From NCBI GenBank assembly GCA_964545685.1, contig CAZJHB010000001.1:118470-182469 (forward strand): a DNA stretch of 64,000 nt, read 5' to 3'. Within the stretch, counting starts at the first letter, position 1; each line of letters begins with the position of its first letter. Below are positions 28,214 through 37,089 of the stretch, piece after piece. This DNA is from an uncultured Candidatus Peribacteria bacterium (lineage in GTDB: Bacteria; Patescibacteriota; Gracilibacteria; BD1-5; UBA6164). Position numbers and translations under genes: made by a program. The notes beneath the pieces were generated by a model. It saw only the letters and a list, made by a program, of their open reading frames with translations, was not told the origin of the DNA and searched no databases.

Positions 28214-28948
28214 ATGCCAATTGACAAGTATATTGATATTGAATTACTATTTATTGGTGAAATTAATGTACGCAAAGAAGTATATAAAAATAATGATTTA
28301 ACTAATCTGAAGAATAACATTAAGAAAAATGGACTTTTATCACCTTTACTGGTAATTCCAGTTGATGAAAAATATGAAATTATAGCTGGGCAGCGTAGAT
28401 ATTTAGCAATGCAACAATTAAAAATTAAAACTGTTCAATGTAAAGTATATCCTAATGATACGGATATTGAACAATTAAAATTAATTTCATTATCCGAGAA
28501 TATTCATCGTTTAAAAATGTCAAATATTGATAAAATGAATTCATATTATGAAATGTATATATTACTCGATAAAGATATGAAAAAAGCATCTAATAATATT
28601 GGTATTACAAAAAATACTTTGAAACAATATATTACAATTAAAGAACATATAGATCCAAATCTAATTAAACATATTGATTCGAAAAAAGAAAAGATCACAT
28701 TAAAAAATATGGAGCAAATTGCTTTGAAAACAAAAGATTATAGTTTACAAAAAATATATATTGATAATTTATTGAATGGAATAGATCCATTTAAAACAAA
28801 AGCAATTAAAGTAATCAAACCGAATATTAAATATGATAAAATCGAATGTTTTATTCCAGATATTAATAATATAGGTACATATTTACCTATACCAGAGGCG
28901 TGCTATAATGATATATATAATATTATTGAGAAATATAATAAAAAATAA
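28214..28948 (+). CDS. ParB/Srx-like N-terminal domain protein with HTH
   Basis: Track ORF starts at the TTG inside TAAATTGA (28183-28190); the ATG is at 28214 (MPIDKYIDIELL). GLLSPLLVIPVDEKYEIIAGQRRYLAMQQL resembles ParB GllqPi.V....yeiiaGERRyRAa. LSENIHRLKMS resembles ENlqRedLs. NNIGITKNTLKQYI is HTH-like. Confidence 0.75.
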   Translation: MPIDKYIDIELLFIGEINVRKEVYKNNDLTNLKNNIKKNGLLSPLLVIPVDEKYEIIAGQRRYLAMQQLKIKTVQCKVYPNDTDIEQLKLISLSENIHRLKMSNIDKMNSYYEMYILLDKDMKKASNNIGITKNTLKQYITIKEHIDPNLIKHIDSKKEKITLKNMEQIALKTKDYSLQKIYIDNLLNGIDPFKTKAIKVIKPNIKYDKIECFIPDINNIGTYLPIPEACYNDIYNIIEKYNKK

Positions 28949-28961
28949 TTATTTTTTATAT

Positions 28962-30092
28962 TTAAATATAATTATATACAATATAACTGAAATGATTAAA
29001 TTTATTATCAATATTATATGCAATATTTTTAATATTTTCTTTGGTTTCAGAGGATGTTACAATTACAAAATATGTTTTATTTGTATCATCATTTTTTTCT
29101 TCGATTTCAATTTGAGTTAAAACTCCATAGTTGTATGTATACCAGATATTATTTGTTTTGAATAATACTTTATTGTTTATATATGCACATTTATCAATGT
29201 CTTCGTATTTAATAATATTTATATTTTTATATAAATCATAAATATAACCATCATTATATACTAATCTATCATTAATATTTTTTGTTTCGTCAGTATTATT
29301 TAAAAGATGCAAAATATTGAAATAATTATTAATGAAATATATACTATCATTGGTTTCAATATATATCTTTTCGTTCTTAATACTAAATAGTTTGTTAATT
29401 TTTTTATTAAATTTAATTTTAAAGAATTTCTTAAAAGTAATTGTCGAATTATATTCACCTAGTAAATATAAATACTTTGGTGTTTTAACATACAATAGTT
29501 CATCATTATTAATTTTATCAATTTTTTCTATTTTTTCATTTAATTTAAATGTTTTAAATACTTTAGGATATTGTTTAATCATTGCATCAGTTTCTTTATA
29601 ATAAATTGTATTCTCATCATAGTAAAAGATATATTTATTACCAACATTCTGAATATTTAAATATGTATCTGGTAATTTTATATGTCCTTTTGGTGTATAA
29701 ATATATAAATCATTATTAAATCTAAACATATTTAAAATACCATTATTATCAAAACTAGTATATTGTGAAACAATATCAACTGAACAATTTTCATAAATAT
29801 CTATTTTATTATAATCATCATTATAACAATTTTTCAATACATTCATAACCAAATTGATATCGTTATCTGTAATTATACTTTTATATGAACGAAGATATAC
29901 TGTAATTTCACCTGAAATGATTTTAATACATTTAATGTTTATATGATCTGAAAAACCAATGATAGTATTAGTATTAGTATCATTATTATCTACATTTCTG
30001 GCTAATTCATCGATATAATTGCAATCATTATAATACTCATTTTCAATACAAGCACTTTTTTTAACAACAAAAATGTTTTCAAATATCTCCAT
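28962..30092 (-). CDS. hypothetical protein (376 aa), possibly degenerate repeat/propeller-like
   Basis: Track ORF with ATG start. Periodic KKINKLFSIKNEKIYIETNDSIYFIN / NIQNVGNKYIFYYDENTIYYKE strings are seen. No motif recognised. Confidence 0.55.
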   Translation of the reverse strand: MEIFENIFVVKKSACIENEYYNDCNYIDELARNVDNNDTNTNTIIGFSDHINIKCIKIISGEITVYLRSYKSIITDNDINLVMNVLKNCYNDDYNKIDIYENCSVDIVSQYTSFDNNGILNMFRFNNDLYIYTPKGHIKLPDTYLNIQNVGNKYIFYYDENTIYYKETDAMIKQYPKVFKTFKLNEKIEKIDKINNDELLYVKTPKYLYLLGEYNSTITFKKFFKIKFNKKINKLFSIKNEKIYIETNDSIYFINNYFNILHLLNNTDETKNINDRLVYNDGYIYDLYKNINIIKYEDIDKCAYINNKVLFKTNNIWYTYNYGVLTQIEIEEKNDDTNKTYFVIVTSSETKENIKNIAYNIDNKFNHFSYIVYNYI

Positions 30093-30126
30093 CTTACACT
30101 TTTAAAAAAAATACTCATTTATTTTA

Positions 30127-31908
30127 CTATGCAATTACTTTATCCCAATGTTCTAAAATTAATTTATGATCGGTAATTATTTTTTCATGTTCTTCATCAT
30201 ATACTAATCCAGTTTCCATATCAACACCATGATTAAGTTTTTTTGGTATTTCATATTCTGCTATATTTGGACATAATATATCAGCATAATAGGTTAATTC
30301 ACTAAAATTCATTTTATAATGTTCATCGATAAAGCAATGATAACAATTAAATTGAGATCTCATTTTCGGCATTCGTTTGTTTTTTAATTCATTGCGGCAG
30401 TATTCATTCTCTGCTTGGAATACAAGTGGACAGATTGGACTAGAAGCTTTTAATATATTTATCATTCTTCGGATTCTTTCTTCTTTTCGATTTGATGATT
30501 CAAATACTGTTAAATCTCCAGATTTTACTATATTACTTATCGAAATATACATGTTATGTTCAGTCCATTGTAATTCCTTTGGCAGATATTGTGTACCACC
30601 AATTCTTGAAATACGATTTTGAATTTGATCAACTAACCCAGGTGTCCATTGAGGATGTAAATGACTTACGTTGCACGAATATAAATCAATACCTTGTGCC
30701 GCCGTTCTTGTAAATAATACTACACGTATTAATTTACCACCATCAGATGCATTATTAATTTTTAATATTTTATCTTTAATTTTATCCGATTCATCACCTG
30801 TTAATGTTGCGAAATATTTATCTTTTGGCGCAGGTTCATGACCTTTTCTTAGAACTTCATTAAGATTTTTATATCCACGTAATTCCAATGCACGTTGATA
30901 TATTAATATTGTTCGAACGAATTCGGAATATATTACATGTTTTATGTGTGGTCTTTTATTTACAATATCATCTACTATCGCGTACATTGCGGTACCGTGT
31001 TTGATTAATTCATTATCTGTTAGCAATTTATCATCCGGTAATTCAACTTCACTTTCGCCGAAAAATAGATTCGGATTGGCATACTCGCATATTTGACGTG
31101 TATATGAATTAAATATTTGAGTTTTACCCATTGTATTCATTTTTTTTTCGTATAAGAAAGCATTATAATGTTGTTTTTCTTGATCAGAACCCATTTTTAC
31201 ATATTTAATATTTCGAAATGTGGGTAATTTTGGTAAATCGAAATAGAGTATATATTTATTTATTCTGGATGCAAGTTTTAATTCAAAATATTCATCGTTT
31301 TCAAAATTATTCCATTCTATTGGATTCATAGTAATAGCATCAAACCCGTCAATATAACCTATAGCGAAATTAAATAATGGTACTAACTCAAATGTTTTGT
31401 TAATCATTGGTGTACCTGTTAAAAGAATACGTTTAGAGTTTTCTAAATTCATAATATATCTATAAATAGGGTTTAATTCATCTTGTTCCAATATTTTATT
31501 TGAAATACTTGAAGATATTAAATGTGCTTCATCCATGACAATAGTGATATAATTCGAAATATCTTTATCCTCAGCATCTTTGAGATCGTGTTTTTTCTTA
31601 ATTATATTAATTGTGTTTTTAAAATGTTTTAAATTTTGTCCTGAATTTGAAGTAATATAATGAATGTTTGTATTATTTCCAAATTCATTCGATATTGAAG
31701 AATGTAATGCTTTTGGTGCAAAAATTATAATATCACGTTCAGGCCATAGGTCTGATATATGTTTAGCGGTACGAGTTTTACCAGCACCCATCGTATACGC
31801 TAATACGATACCGTTTATATTATCATTATCTTTCATATAATTAACGGCAAAATCCTGATGAGCAAACAACCCAGTTTTGGAATTTTTTACAAGATTAATA
31901 ATATCCAT
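30127..31908 (-). CDS. SNF2-family ATPase, poxvirus NPH-I/D11-like
   Basis: Track ORF starts at TTG (31923); the first ATG is at 31908 (MDIINLVKNSKTG). Motif I YTMGAGKTRTA, motif II IVMDEAHLIS, SNF2 motif III LLTGTPMINKTFELVPLFNF, motif VI QIQNRISRIGG. Confidence 0.75.
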   Translation of the reverse strand: MDIINLVKNSKTGLFAHQDFAVNYMKDNDNINGIVLAYTMGAGKTRTAKHISDLWPERDIIIFAPKALHSSISNEFGNNTNIHYITSNSGQNLKHFKNTINIIKKKHDLKDAEDKDISNYITIVMDEAHLISSSISNKILEQDELNPIYRYIMNLENSKRILLTGTPMINKTFELVPLFNFAIGYIDGFDAITMNPIEWNNFENDEYFELKLASRINKYILYFDLPKLPTFRNIKYVKMGSDQEKQHYNAFLYEKKMNTMGKTQIFNSYTRQICEYANPNLFFGESEVELPDDKLLTDNELIKHGTAMYAIVDDIVNKRPHIKHVIYSEFVRTILIYQRALELRGYKNLNEVLRKGHEPAPKDKYFATLTGDESDKIKDKILKINNASDGGKLIRVVLFTRTAAQGIDLYSCNVSHLHPQWTPGLVDQIQNRISRIGGTQYLPKELQWTEHNMYISISNIVKSGDLTVFESSNRKEERIRRMINILKASSPICPLVFQAENEYCRNELKNKRMPKMRSQFNCYHCFIDEHYKMNFSELTYYADILCPNIAEYEIPKKLNHGVDMETGLVYDEEHEKIITDHKLILEHWDKVIA

Positions 31909-31952
31909 ATCATTAAAAAACAAAAAATGATAAATTTTACTATATCGTTATA

Positions 31953-32774
31953 ATGTCAGAAGTTCAGGATATTATTAAAAAATACGAAATTGCTAAGGAA
32001 TTTAGTGATGATGAAGAAAGTTTAAAACAAAAATTTAGACAAAAATTAATAAATTTGAAAGATAAATATATAAAAATTATTAAACTTGAAGAAAAAAATA
32101 TTAAAGAAATTAATGATAATGGTGGATATTATAAAAAAATGATGGATGATATTATTGAATTACGTATTAATATTGTTAAACAATGTGCAGATGATATGGT
32201 ATCTGATGCATTACGTGATACATATAAGTATAGATGGGATTCATCGCATTCTATTTCGGCAGATGATACTAATATATACAACAAGTATATATTAGATTTT
32301 GGGTTATCAGATAAAATTGATATTAAAAAAGTTTTTAAAGACTTTAATACATCAATTTTACATAATATTATTAATTCAAAAAAAAATTATATAGATTTAT
32401 TAAATGATTTATTACTTGTTTTGATTATTACAAAGAAAGAGAATGATTGTATCGATAAATATATAAAATATATACATGAAAATCGTTTCGATACATATAA
32501 TTATGATTTATATGCAACTATTTTATATAAATATAATGATAGTTTACGTAAATCATATAGTTGTATGACAGAAAGTGAATGTAAACTATATAAATATAAA
32601 ATTGAAAAAATTCATAACGATACATTTAATTTAATCAAAATGCTTAATTCGTATTATTCTAATATTAATGATATTAATTCGGTTAAATCTAAAATCGAGA
32701 TATATCAAAATAAAATTGATACATATAATACATGGATTGAAATGATTAATGATATATTGAATCCTGATTTCTAA
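31953..32774 (+). CDS. paralog family member E
   Basis: MSEVQDIIKKYEIAKEFSDDEESLKQKFRQKLINLKDKY at the N-terminus and LIKMLNSYYSNINDINSVKSKIEIYQNKIDTY...DILNPDF at the C-terminus. Confidence 0.65.
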   Translation: MSEVQDIIKKYEIAKEFSDDEESLKQKFRQKLINLKDKYIKIIKLEEKNIKEINDNGGYYKKMMDDIIELRINIVKQCADDMVSDALRDTYKYRWDSSHSISADDTNIYNKYILDFGLSDKIDIKKVFKDFNTSILHNIINSKKNYIDLLNDLLLVLIITKKENDCIDKYIKYIHENRFDTYNYDLYATILYKYNDSLRKSYSCMTESECKLYKYKIEKIHNDTFNLIKMLNSYYSNINDINSVKSKIEIYQNKIDTYNTWIEMINDILNPDF

Positions 32775-32806
32775 TTTAAAAAATGATTTTTTATTGAAAT
32801 AATGTA

Positions 32807-32986
32807 ATGGTAGCTAAAAAGACGCAACAGCAGGCTGGTAAACTTTTAAGTGAAGGAACTCGTATGACACGTGAAGCCGGACATATGTTAGGAACTGCGA
32901 AAAATAAATCTCAGCAACAAAAAGCAGGTAAAATGTTGGCAGAAGGTAGAAAGAAACAACGTACCGCAGGTAAAATGATGCATTAA
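32807..32986 (+). CDS. unannotated small basic repeat protein (59 aa)
   Basis: Own translation: MVAKKTQQQAGKLLSEGTRMTREAGHMLGTAKNKSQQQKAGKMLAEGRKKQRTAGKMMH. It has four AG(K/H)(M/L)(L/M) repeats and is G+C-richer than the flanks. AAAAAATGATTTTTTATTGAAATAATGTA lies directly upstream. Confidence 0.5.
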   Translation: MVAKKTQQQAGKLLSEGTRMTREAGHMLGTAKNKSQQQKAGKMLAEGRKKQRTAGKMMH

Positions 32987-33047
32987 TTTTTTAACAAAAT
33001 TAATAATATTTGTATTATTTAAATTAAAAAATAATAATTATCAATAT

Positions 33048-33237
33048 ATTGATATTTTTCTGTCATCAATTGAAGTATTACCTTTTATGATTTTAGATAA
33101 ATCTTCGGGAATTGATTTTATTACTACAATTAGAGATATTAGTCTTAAATATAAAAAAATGCATTTAACCAATAGTGGAATTAAATGATACTGTAAAAAG
33201 CGAAGAAGATATATTTAAAATATTAGATTTAGAATTA
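33048..33237 (+). pseudogene. Pol X C-terminal fragment (decayed paralog of 39580..40266)
   Basis: Frame 1 reads IDIFLSSIEVLPFMILDKSSGIDFITTIRDISLKYKKMHLTNSGIK* (stop 33186-33188), versus intact LDIFLSSVEAMPFMILDKSSGVDFITDIRKLCLTLYNIHLSNVGFK. After a +1 shift, DTVKSEEDIFKILDLELI aligns with KIKNEQDIFKFLKFEYI. There is no N-terminal part and no start codon. Confidence 0.8.
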
Positions 33238-34227
33238 ATTTTCATTTTTTACAGGACAATATAAATTGTAATCATCATCATCAATGATCTTATCACCCAT
33301 TACCTTTAAATTGCGACCACATATATATGTTTCATTCGAAGTGGTAATAAATTCTGTTCTACGTAATTCATTGTTAATGATAATGTGTTTAATTGGTTTA
33401 TCAATACATACTTTAGTTGGAATTGTTTTATATTTTTCATTATCACCAATACCCAATCTCCCACATATATTACACCCAGCTGCCCATACAGTATCATCTT
33501 CGTCGAAGAAAAATGACATTCCTTTGAATAATAGCATTTTTTTAATGTTTTTATTTAATTTTACACTACCCGGGTTTAATACATCATATCTTTTATTATA
33601 TTCACCTGTACCCGCTGAGCCGGAGTCATCTGTACCACAAACATAAATTTTATTCGAATTGGTTATAAAGTAAGTGGCGTCTGGACCAAATGCAATAGAA
33701 TTTATTGCTTCATTTATATTTAATTTAGTTGGCTGTTTTAACCCACAACGAGAAATTAACCATCCATTTATGCCATTTTCAATAGTTCCTGCTATATATA
33801 CATTATGCATGTTTGATATATAATAAGTTGAATACTCTCGAAATATAACCTGATTAATTTCTTCGGGTAATATCATTTTACTTAATCGAATTATGTCAAT
33901 ATTAGGATCTTCACGACGACCTAATTTATTGTTATTATTATTTCCTGTAATATAAATAGTATTGGTGTTTGTTAGAAAACATGTACTATTATCCCGAGAT
34001 ACAATATTCTTAATATTTTCTTTAATATCAATTTTATCAGGATAATAAATATATTCATCCAAATCATTAAGACCAAGTTTATTGTCTTGGTTGTTACCGA
34101 TTCCGAATAATTCGTTATCAATATTTATAATAAAAATTGAATTGTTAAAAGTATATAAATGTTTAATGTTATTCTTCGTATAAAATAAATTTATCACCAG
34201 CATATCGAAATAAAAAATATATTTCAT
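33235..34227 (-). CDS. RCC1-like repeat protein (divergent)
   Basis: FGIGNNQDNKLGLN, ITGNNNNNKLGRR, VCGTDDSGSAGTG and AAGCNICGRLGIGDN spaced ~50 aa apart. Confidence 0.7.
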   Translation of the reverse strand: MKYIFYFDMLVINLFYTKNNIKHLYTFNNSIFIINIDNELFGIGNNQDNKLGLNDLDEYIYYPDKIDIKENIKNIVSRDNSTCFLTNTNTIYITGNNNNNKLGRREDPNIDIIRLSKMILPEEINQVIFREYSTYYISNMHNVYIAGTIENGINGWLISRCGLKQPTKLNINEAINSIAFGPDATYFITNSNKIYVCGTDDSGSAGTGEYNKRYDVLNPGSVKLNKNIKKMLLFKGMSFFFDEDDTVWAAGCNICGRLGIGDNEKYKTIPTKVCIDKPIKHIIINNELRRTEFITTSNETYICGRNLKVMGDKIIDDDDYNLYCPVKNEN

Positions 34228-34262
34228 TTATTAAAAATGAAAATTATCTTATATAATGCCAA

Positions 34263-34823
34263 ATGGAAGGATTTAAATTAATTCTTGTTTTACCAAACGA
34301 TAAAAATAATCTTGTAGAAAAAGTATTGTTGTTTATTTATGAACTCAGTGATCTTGATGGTGGAGTATGTAAAGAATCAATTGAAAGATTATATCATGAA
34401 ATTACCAAGTGTAATATTTGTGATTTAATCGATAATAATATTGTTAAAATAGAAGATATATATACCACTTACATTAAAAATATTGATGGTGTAAACATTT
34501 TATATAATCATTGTGTAGATACAATGGTGAAAAAAGAAAATGTATCAGATTTTAAATTACTAAATTTGAGCAATGCAAATACACTATTTGAAGTTATTGA
34601 TGAGTATTTACCATCTAGAGTTGTAAAAGAAGATATGAAAGAATTAATATTACAACTAATTAGTTGCGCAATTGATTATAGTAGCAATAATGCTGACAAA
34701 AGACAAGAAGGAAAAGACTTGCTTATCAAATTATTACAATCTAATAAAAGTAAGATAAACGATATCATTGAAGTATATTTAGATCAAAAATATTCAACAG
34801 GTAATTTTAAATATCTAAATTAA
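34263..34823 (+). CDS. hypothetical protein (186 aa)
   Basis: Track ORF. AAAAATGAAAATTATC lies 22 nt upstream of the ATG. Confidence 0.55.
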   Translation: MEGFKLILVLPNDKNNLVEKVLLFIYELSDLDGGVCKESIERLYHEITKCNICDLIDNNIVKIEDIYTTYIKNIDGVNILYNHCVDTMVKKENVSDFKLLNLSNANTLFEVIDEYLPSRVVKEDMKELILQLISCAIDYSSNNADKRQEGKDLLIKLLQSNKSKINDIIEVYLDQKYSTGNFKYLN

Positions 34824-34865
34824 TTATTTTTTAAAAATGAAAATATAATTATATATTGAGTAAGA

Positions 34866-35339
34866 ATGTCATTTCTTAAAAAGGTTGTAGATAACTTACC
34901 AAAAGATATTAAAGAATTGGAACGTAGTTTAAATAATGATAAACAAATGATGTTCAATCGAGGTGTTAAAGAAGGTATTGATCGATCCGATAAAAAATAC
35001 GAAATTCTTATTAAGAAGTTAAATACTGAAAAGGCCAACTATAAATCACAATATGAATCGGTAAATCCATTACATATCAAAAAGGATGATCTTAAAAAAC
35101 CTATTAAGGTTAATAAAGGATATATTCTATTGATTTCCGATGATGGTAATTATTGTGTAGAAAGTGCCGACAAGCCCAATAATATGAGCAAACGTCTTAA
35201 AGGACGTAAATTAGTTATGATGCTGTATACAAAATATCTAGATACGGATATTGATAATATTAATACATTAATCTTTAATAGCAAAACAACTATTAACCGT
35301 GAAAAAATCCCAATGATGATTACATATTTATTAAATTAA
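34866..35339 (+). CDS. hypothetical protein (157 aa)
   Basis: Track ORF. AAAAATGAAAATATAATT lies ~25 nt upstream of the ATG. Confidence 0.55.
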   Translation: MSFLKKVVDNLPKDIKELERSLNNDKQMMFNRGVKEGIDRSDKKYEILIKKLNTEKANYKSQYESVNPLHIKKDDLKKPIKVNKGYILLISDDGNYCVESADKPNNMSKRLKGRKLVMMLYTKYLDTDIDNINTLIFNSKTTINREKIPMMITYLLN

Positions 35340-35371
35340 AAAATTAATATTTTTTTATATTATTGCTATCA
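35338..35371 (+). promoter_or_regulatory. conserved upstream element, related copy
   Basis: TAAAAAATTAATATTTTTTTATATTATTGCTATCA followed by ATG at 35372. It overlaps the stop of the preceding gene. Confidence 0.45.
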
Positions 35372-35773
35372 ATGTGGATAAGACTTACTGGGTGTAAACC
35401 ATTTTGGGTTGAGAACGATGAACTTATGAAAGGTACTCCGTTCGATATCAAGTACGTTTTTGCCATACATTGGTTTTTGAGAAACACACACCGGAAAGGT
35501 CTGTATAAGTTTTGTCGAAATTTTGATCTATTGGATACTATATGCCGCAAGGATAGTTTAAAAGGATTAAAAAACGTTCATCACTACAACAGTATCACAA
35601 GAGTGTATAAAATCATAAAGCACTATTATGTTAACATGGAGGGTGCCGCTATTCATAATCCCACAATTTTGATGCTTATGCATCACTTATCGGCGTATTT
35701 TGCATTGTATTATCACATTCATTCAACGAACATTGCAATGTTAGAGGCATCAAGTCATGAATATGACATATAA
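35372..35773 (+). CDS. hypothetical protein (133 aa), G+C-richer
   Basis: Track ORF 35363 starts at TTG; the ATG is at 35372 (MWIRLTGCKPFW). Composition is distinct from neighbours. Confidence 0.55.
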   Translation: MWIRLTGCKPFWVENDELMKGTPFDIKYVFAIHWFLRNTHRKGLYKFCRNFDLLDTICRKDSLKGLKNVHHYNSITRVYKIIKHYYVNMEGAAIHNPTILMLMHHLSAYFALYYHIHSTNIAMLEASSHEYDI

Positions 35774-35797
35774 ATATTTTTTTATATAAAAAATAAA

Positions 35798-36415
35798 TTA
35801 TTCGTTGATATATTCATAACAATATTGGTACATTTTGATTTTATCCTTTACAGTTTTGCATATAAGATCTTTAGTCATAATATTATTATCAAGTTTAATA
35901 AAGTTAAATTTATTTGAATTTTTAATATTTTTATATTTCCATTCATCTAATACAATATTAGATTTATGATATGTATATAGTTGATCAATATCATCAACAA
36001 CTGTATACAACACGTATTTATTATTAATATTATAAATTAATACGATATATTGTGGATTAATATCTACGTAATCTCCTTCGTATAAAACTTTAGTAGAAGT
36101 ATTTTGTATTTCTTCATAGAAATGATTATTGTGATCAAGTATTTTATAATTATCATTATCATCAAACAACAAGAAATGAATAAAATGCATAAAATTTTCA
36201 AATTTTAAATAAAATGGATTATGTTTTTTATATCCTCCCATTGCAAATTTACCGTACATATCAAGATATTTAATAGGAATTCCATGGAGTTTAAAATTAT
36301 TTTCAACTCGTTTGATAATAATATCCATAAATGGTAAAGCATATGGATATTTTAATTTAATATAATCAGAAACTAGTTGTAGATCTTCCATTACATGTAT
36401 TACGAATTTTTTCAT
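35798..36415 (-). CDS. hypothetical protein, tandem paralog 2 of 2
   Basis: The track ORF extends to 36445 through the stop region of the upstream paralog. MKKFVIHVMEDLQLVSDYIKLKYPYALPF aligns residue for residue with the upstream paralog from its first Met. A conserved Met 8 codons further in (36391) is an alternative start. Confidence 0.6.
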   Translation of the reverse strand: MKKFVIHVMEDLQLVSDYIKLKYPYALPFMDIIIKRVENNFKLHGIPIKYLDMYGKFAMGGYKKHNPFYLKFENFMHFIHFLLFDDNDNYKILDHNNHFYEEIQNTSTKVLYEGDYVDINPQYIVLIYNINNKYVLYTVVDDIDQLYTYHKSNIVLDEWKYKNIKNSNKFNFIKLDNNIMTKDLICKTVKDKIKMYQYCYEYINE

Positions 36416-36431
36416 TTTTAAATATAAAAAA

Positions 36432-37052
36432 TTATTCGTTAACATATTCGTAATAACAATAGTGTGTATTGGTTTTATCCTTTACAATATTGCATATATG
36501 ATCTTCTGTCATAGATCTAATATCAGGTTTAATAAATCCGAATTTATTTGAATTTTTAATATTTTTATATTTCCATTTATCTAATATTACATTATATCCA
36601 TCGGGTATATCTTTTCGGACAATATCATCAACAACTGTATATAACACACATTGATTGTTTATATTGTAAATTAATACAATACGGTGTGGTCCAATATCAA
36701 CGTAATCTCCTTCATATAGAATTCCAGTTGAAGTATTTTGTATTTCTCTATAAACATAATTAATATGATCAATTAATTTGGCATGATCATCATATTTATC
36801 AGTTAATAAGAAATAAATATCATACATAAATTTTTCGAATGTTATATAAAATGAATTATATTTTTTATAACCCCCCATTTCAAATACATCATAATCTTCA
36901 AGATATTTAATAGGAATTTTATGAATTTTAAAATTATTTTTAATACGTTCGATGAAAATTTTTGCAAATGGTAAAGCATCTGGGTATTTTAATTCAATAT
37001 AGTTGGCAACTTTTTGTAAATCGTCCATTACATTTATTAATATTTTTTTCAT
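36432..37052 (-). CDS. hypothetical protein, tandem paralog 1 of 2
   Basis: MKKILINVMDDLQKVANYIELKYPDALPF...YEYVNE versus ...YEYINE in the downstream copy. Colinear over the full length. Confidence 0.6.
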   Translation of the reverse strand: MKKILINVMDDLQKVANYIELKYPDALPFAKIFIERIKNNFKIHKIPIKYLEDYDVFEMGGYKKYNSFYITFEKFMYDIYFLLTDKYDDHAKLIDHINYVYREIQNTSTGILYEGDYVDIGPHRIVLIYNINNQCVLYTVVDDIVRKDIPDGYNVILDKWKYKNIKNSNKFGFIKPDIRSMTEDHICNIVKDKTNTHYCYYEYVNE

Positions 37053-37089
37053 TTTTAAAAAATGAAAAAAAACAATATAAATTGTAATA

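Noticed and set aside
33039-33054. Perfect 16-bp palindrome TATCAATATATTGATA as a possible parS-like site for the ParB-like protein
   Set aside because: It is purely A/T-rich apart from one C/G pair, resembles two back-to-back ATATTGATA promoter-like words, and is a single occurrence. There is no basis to link it to ParB.
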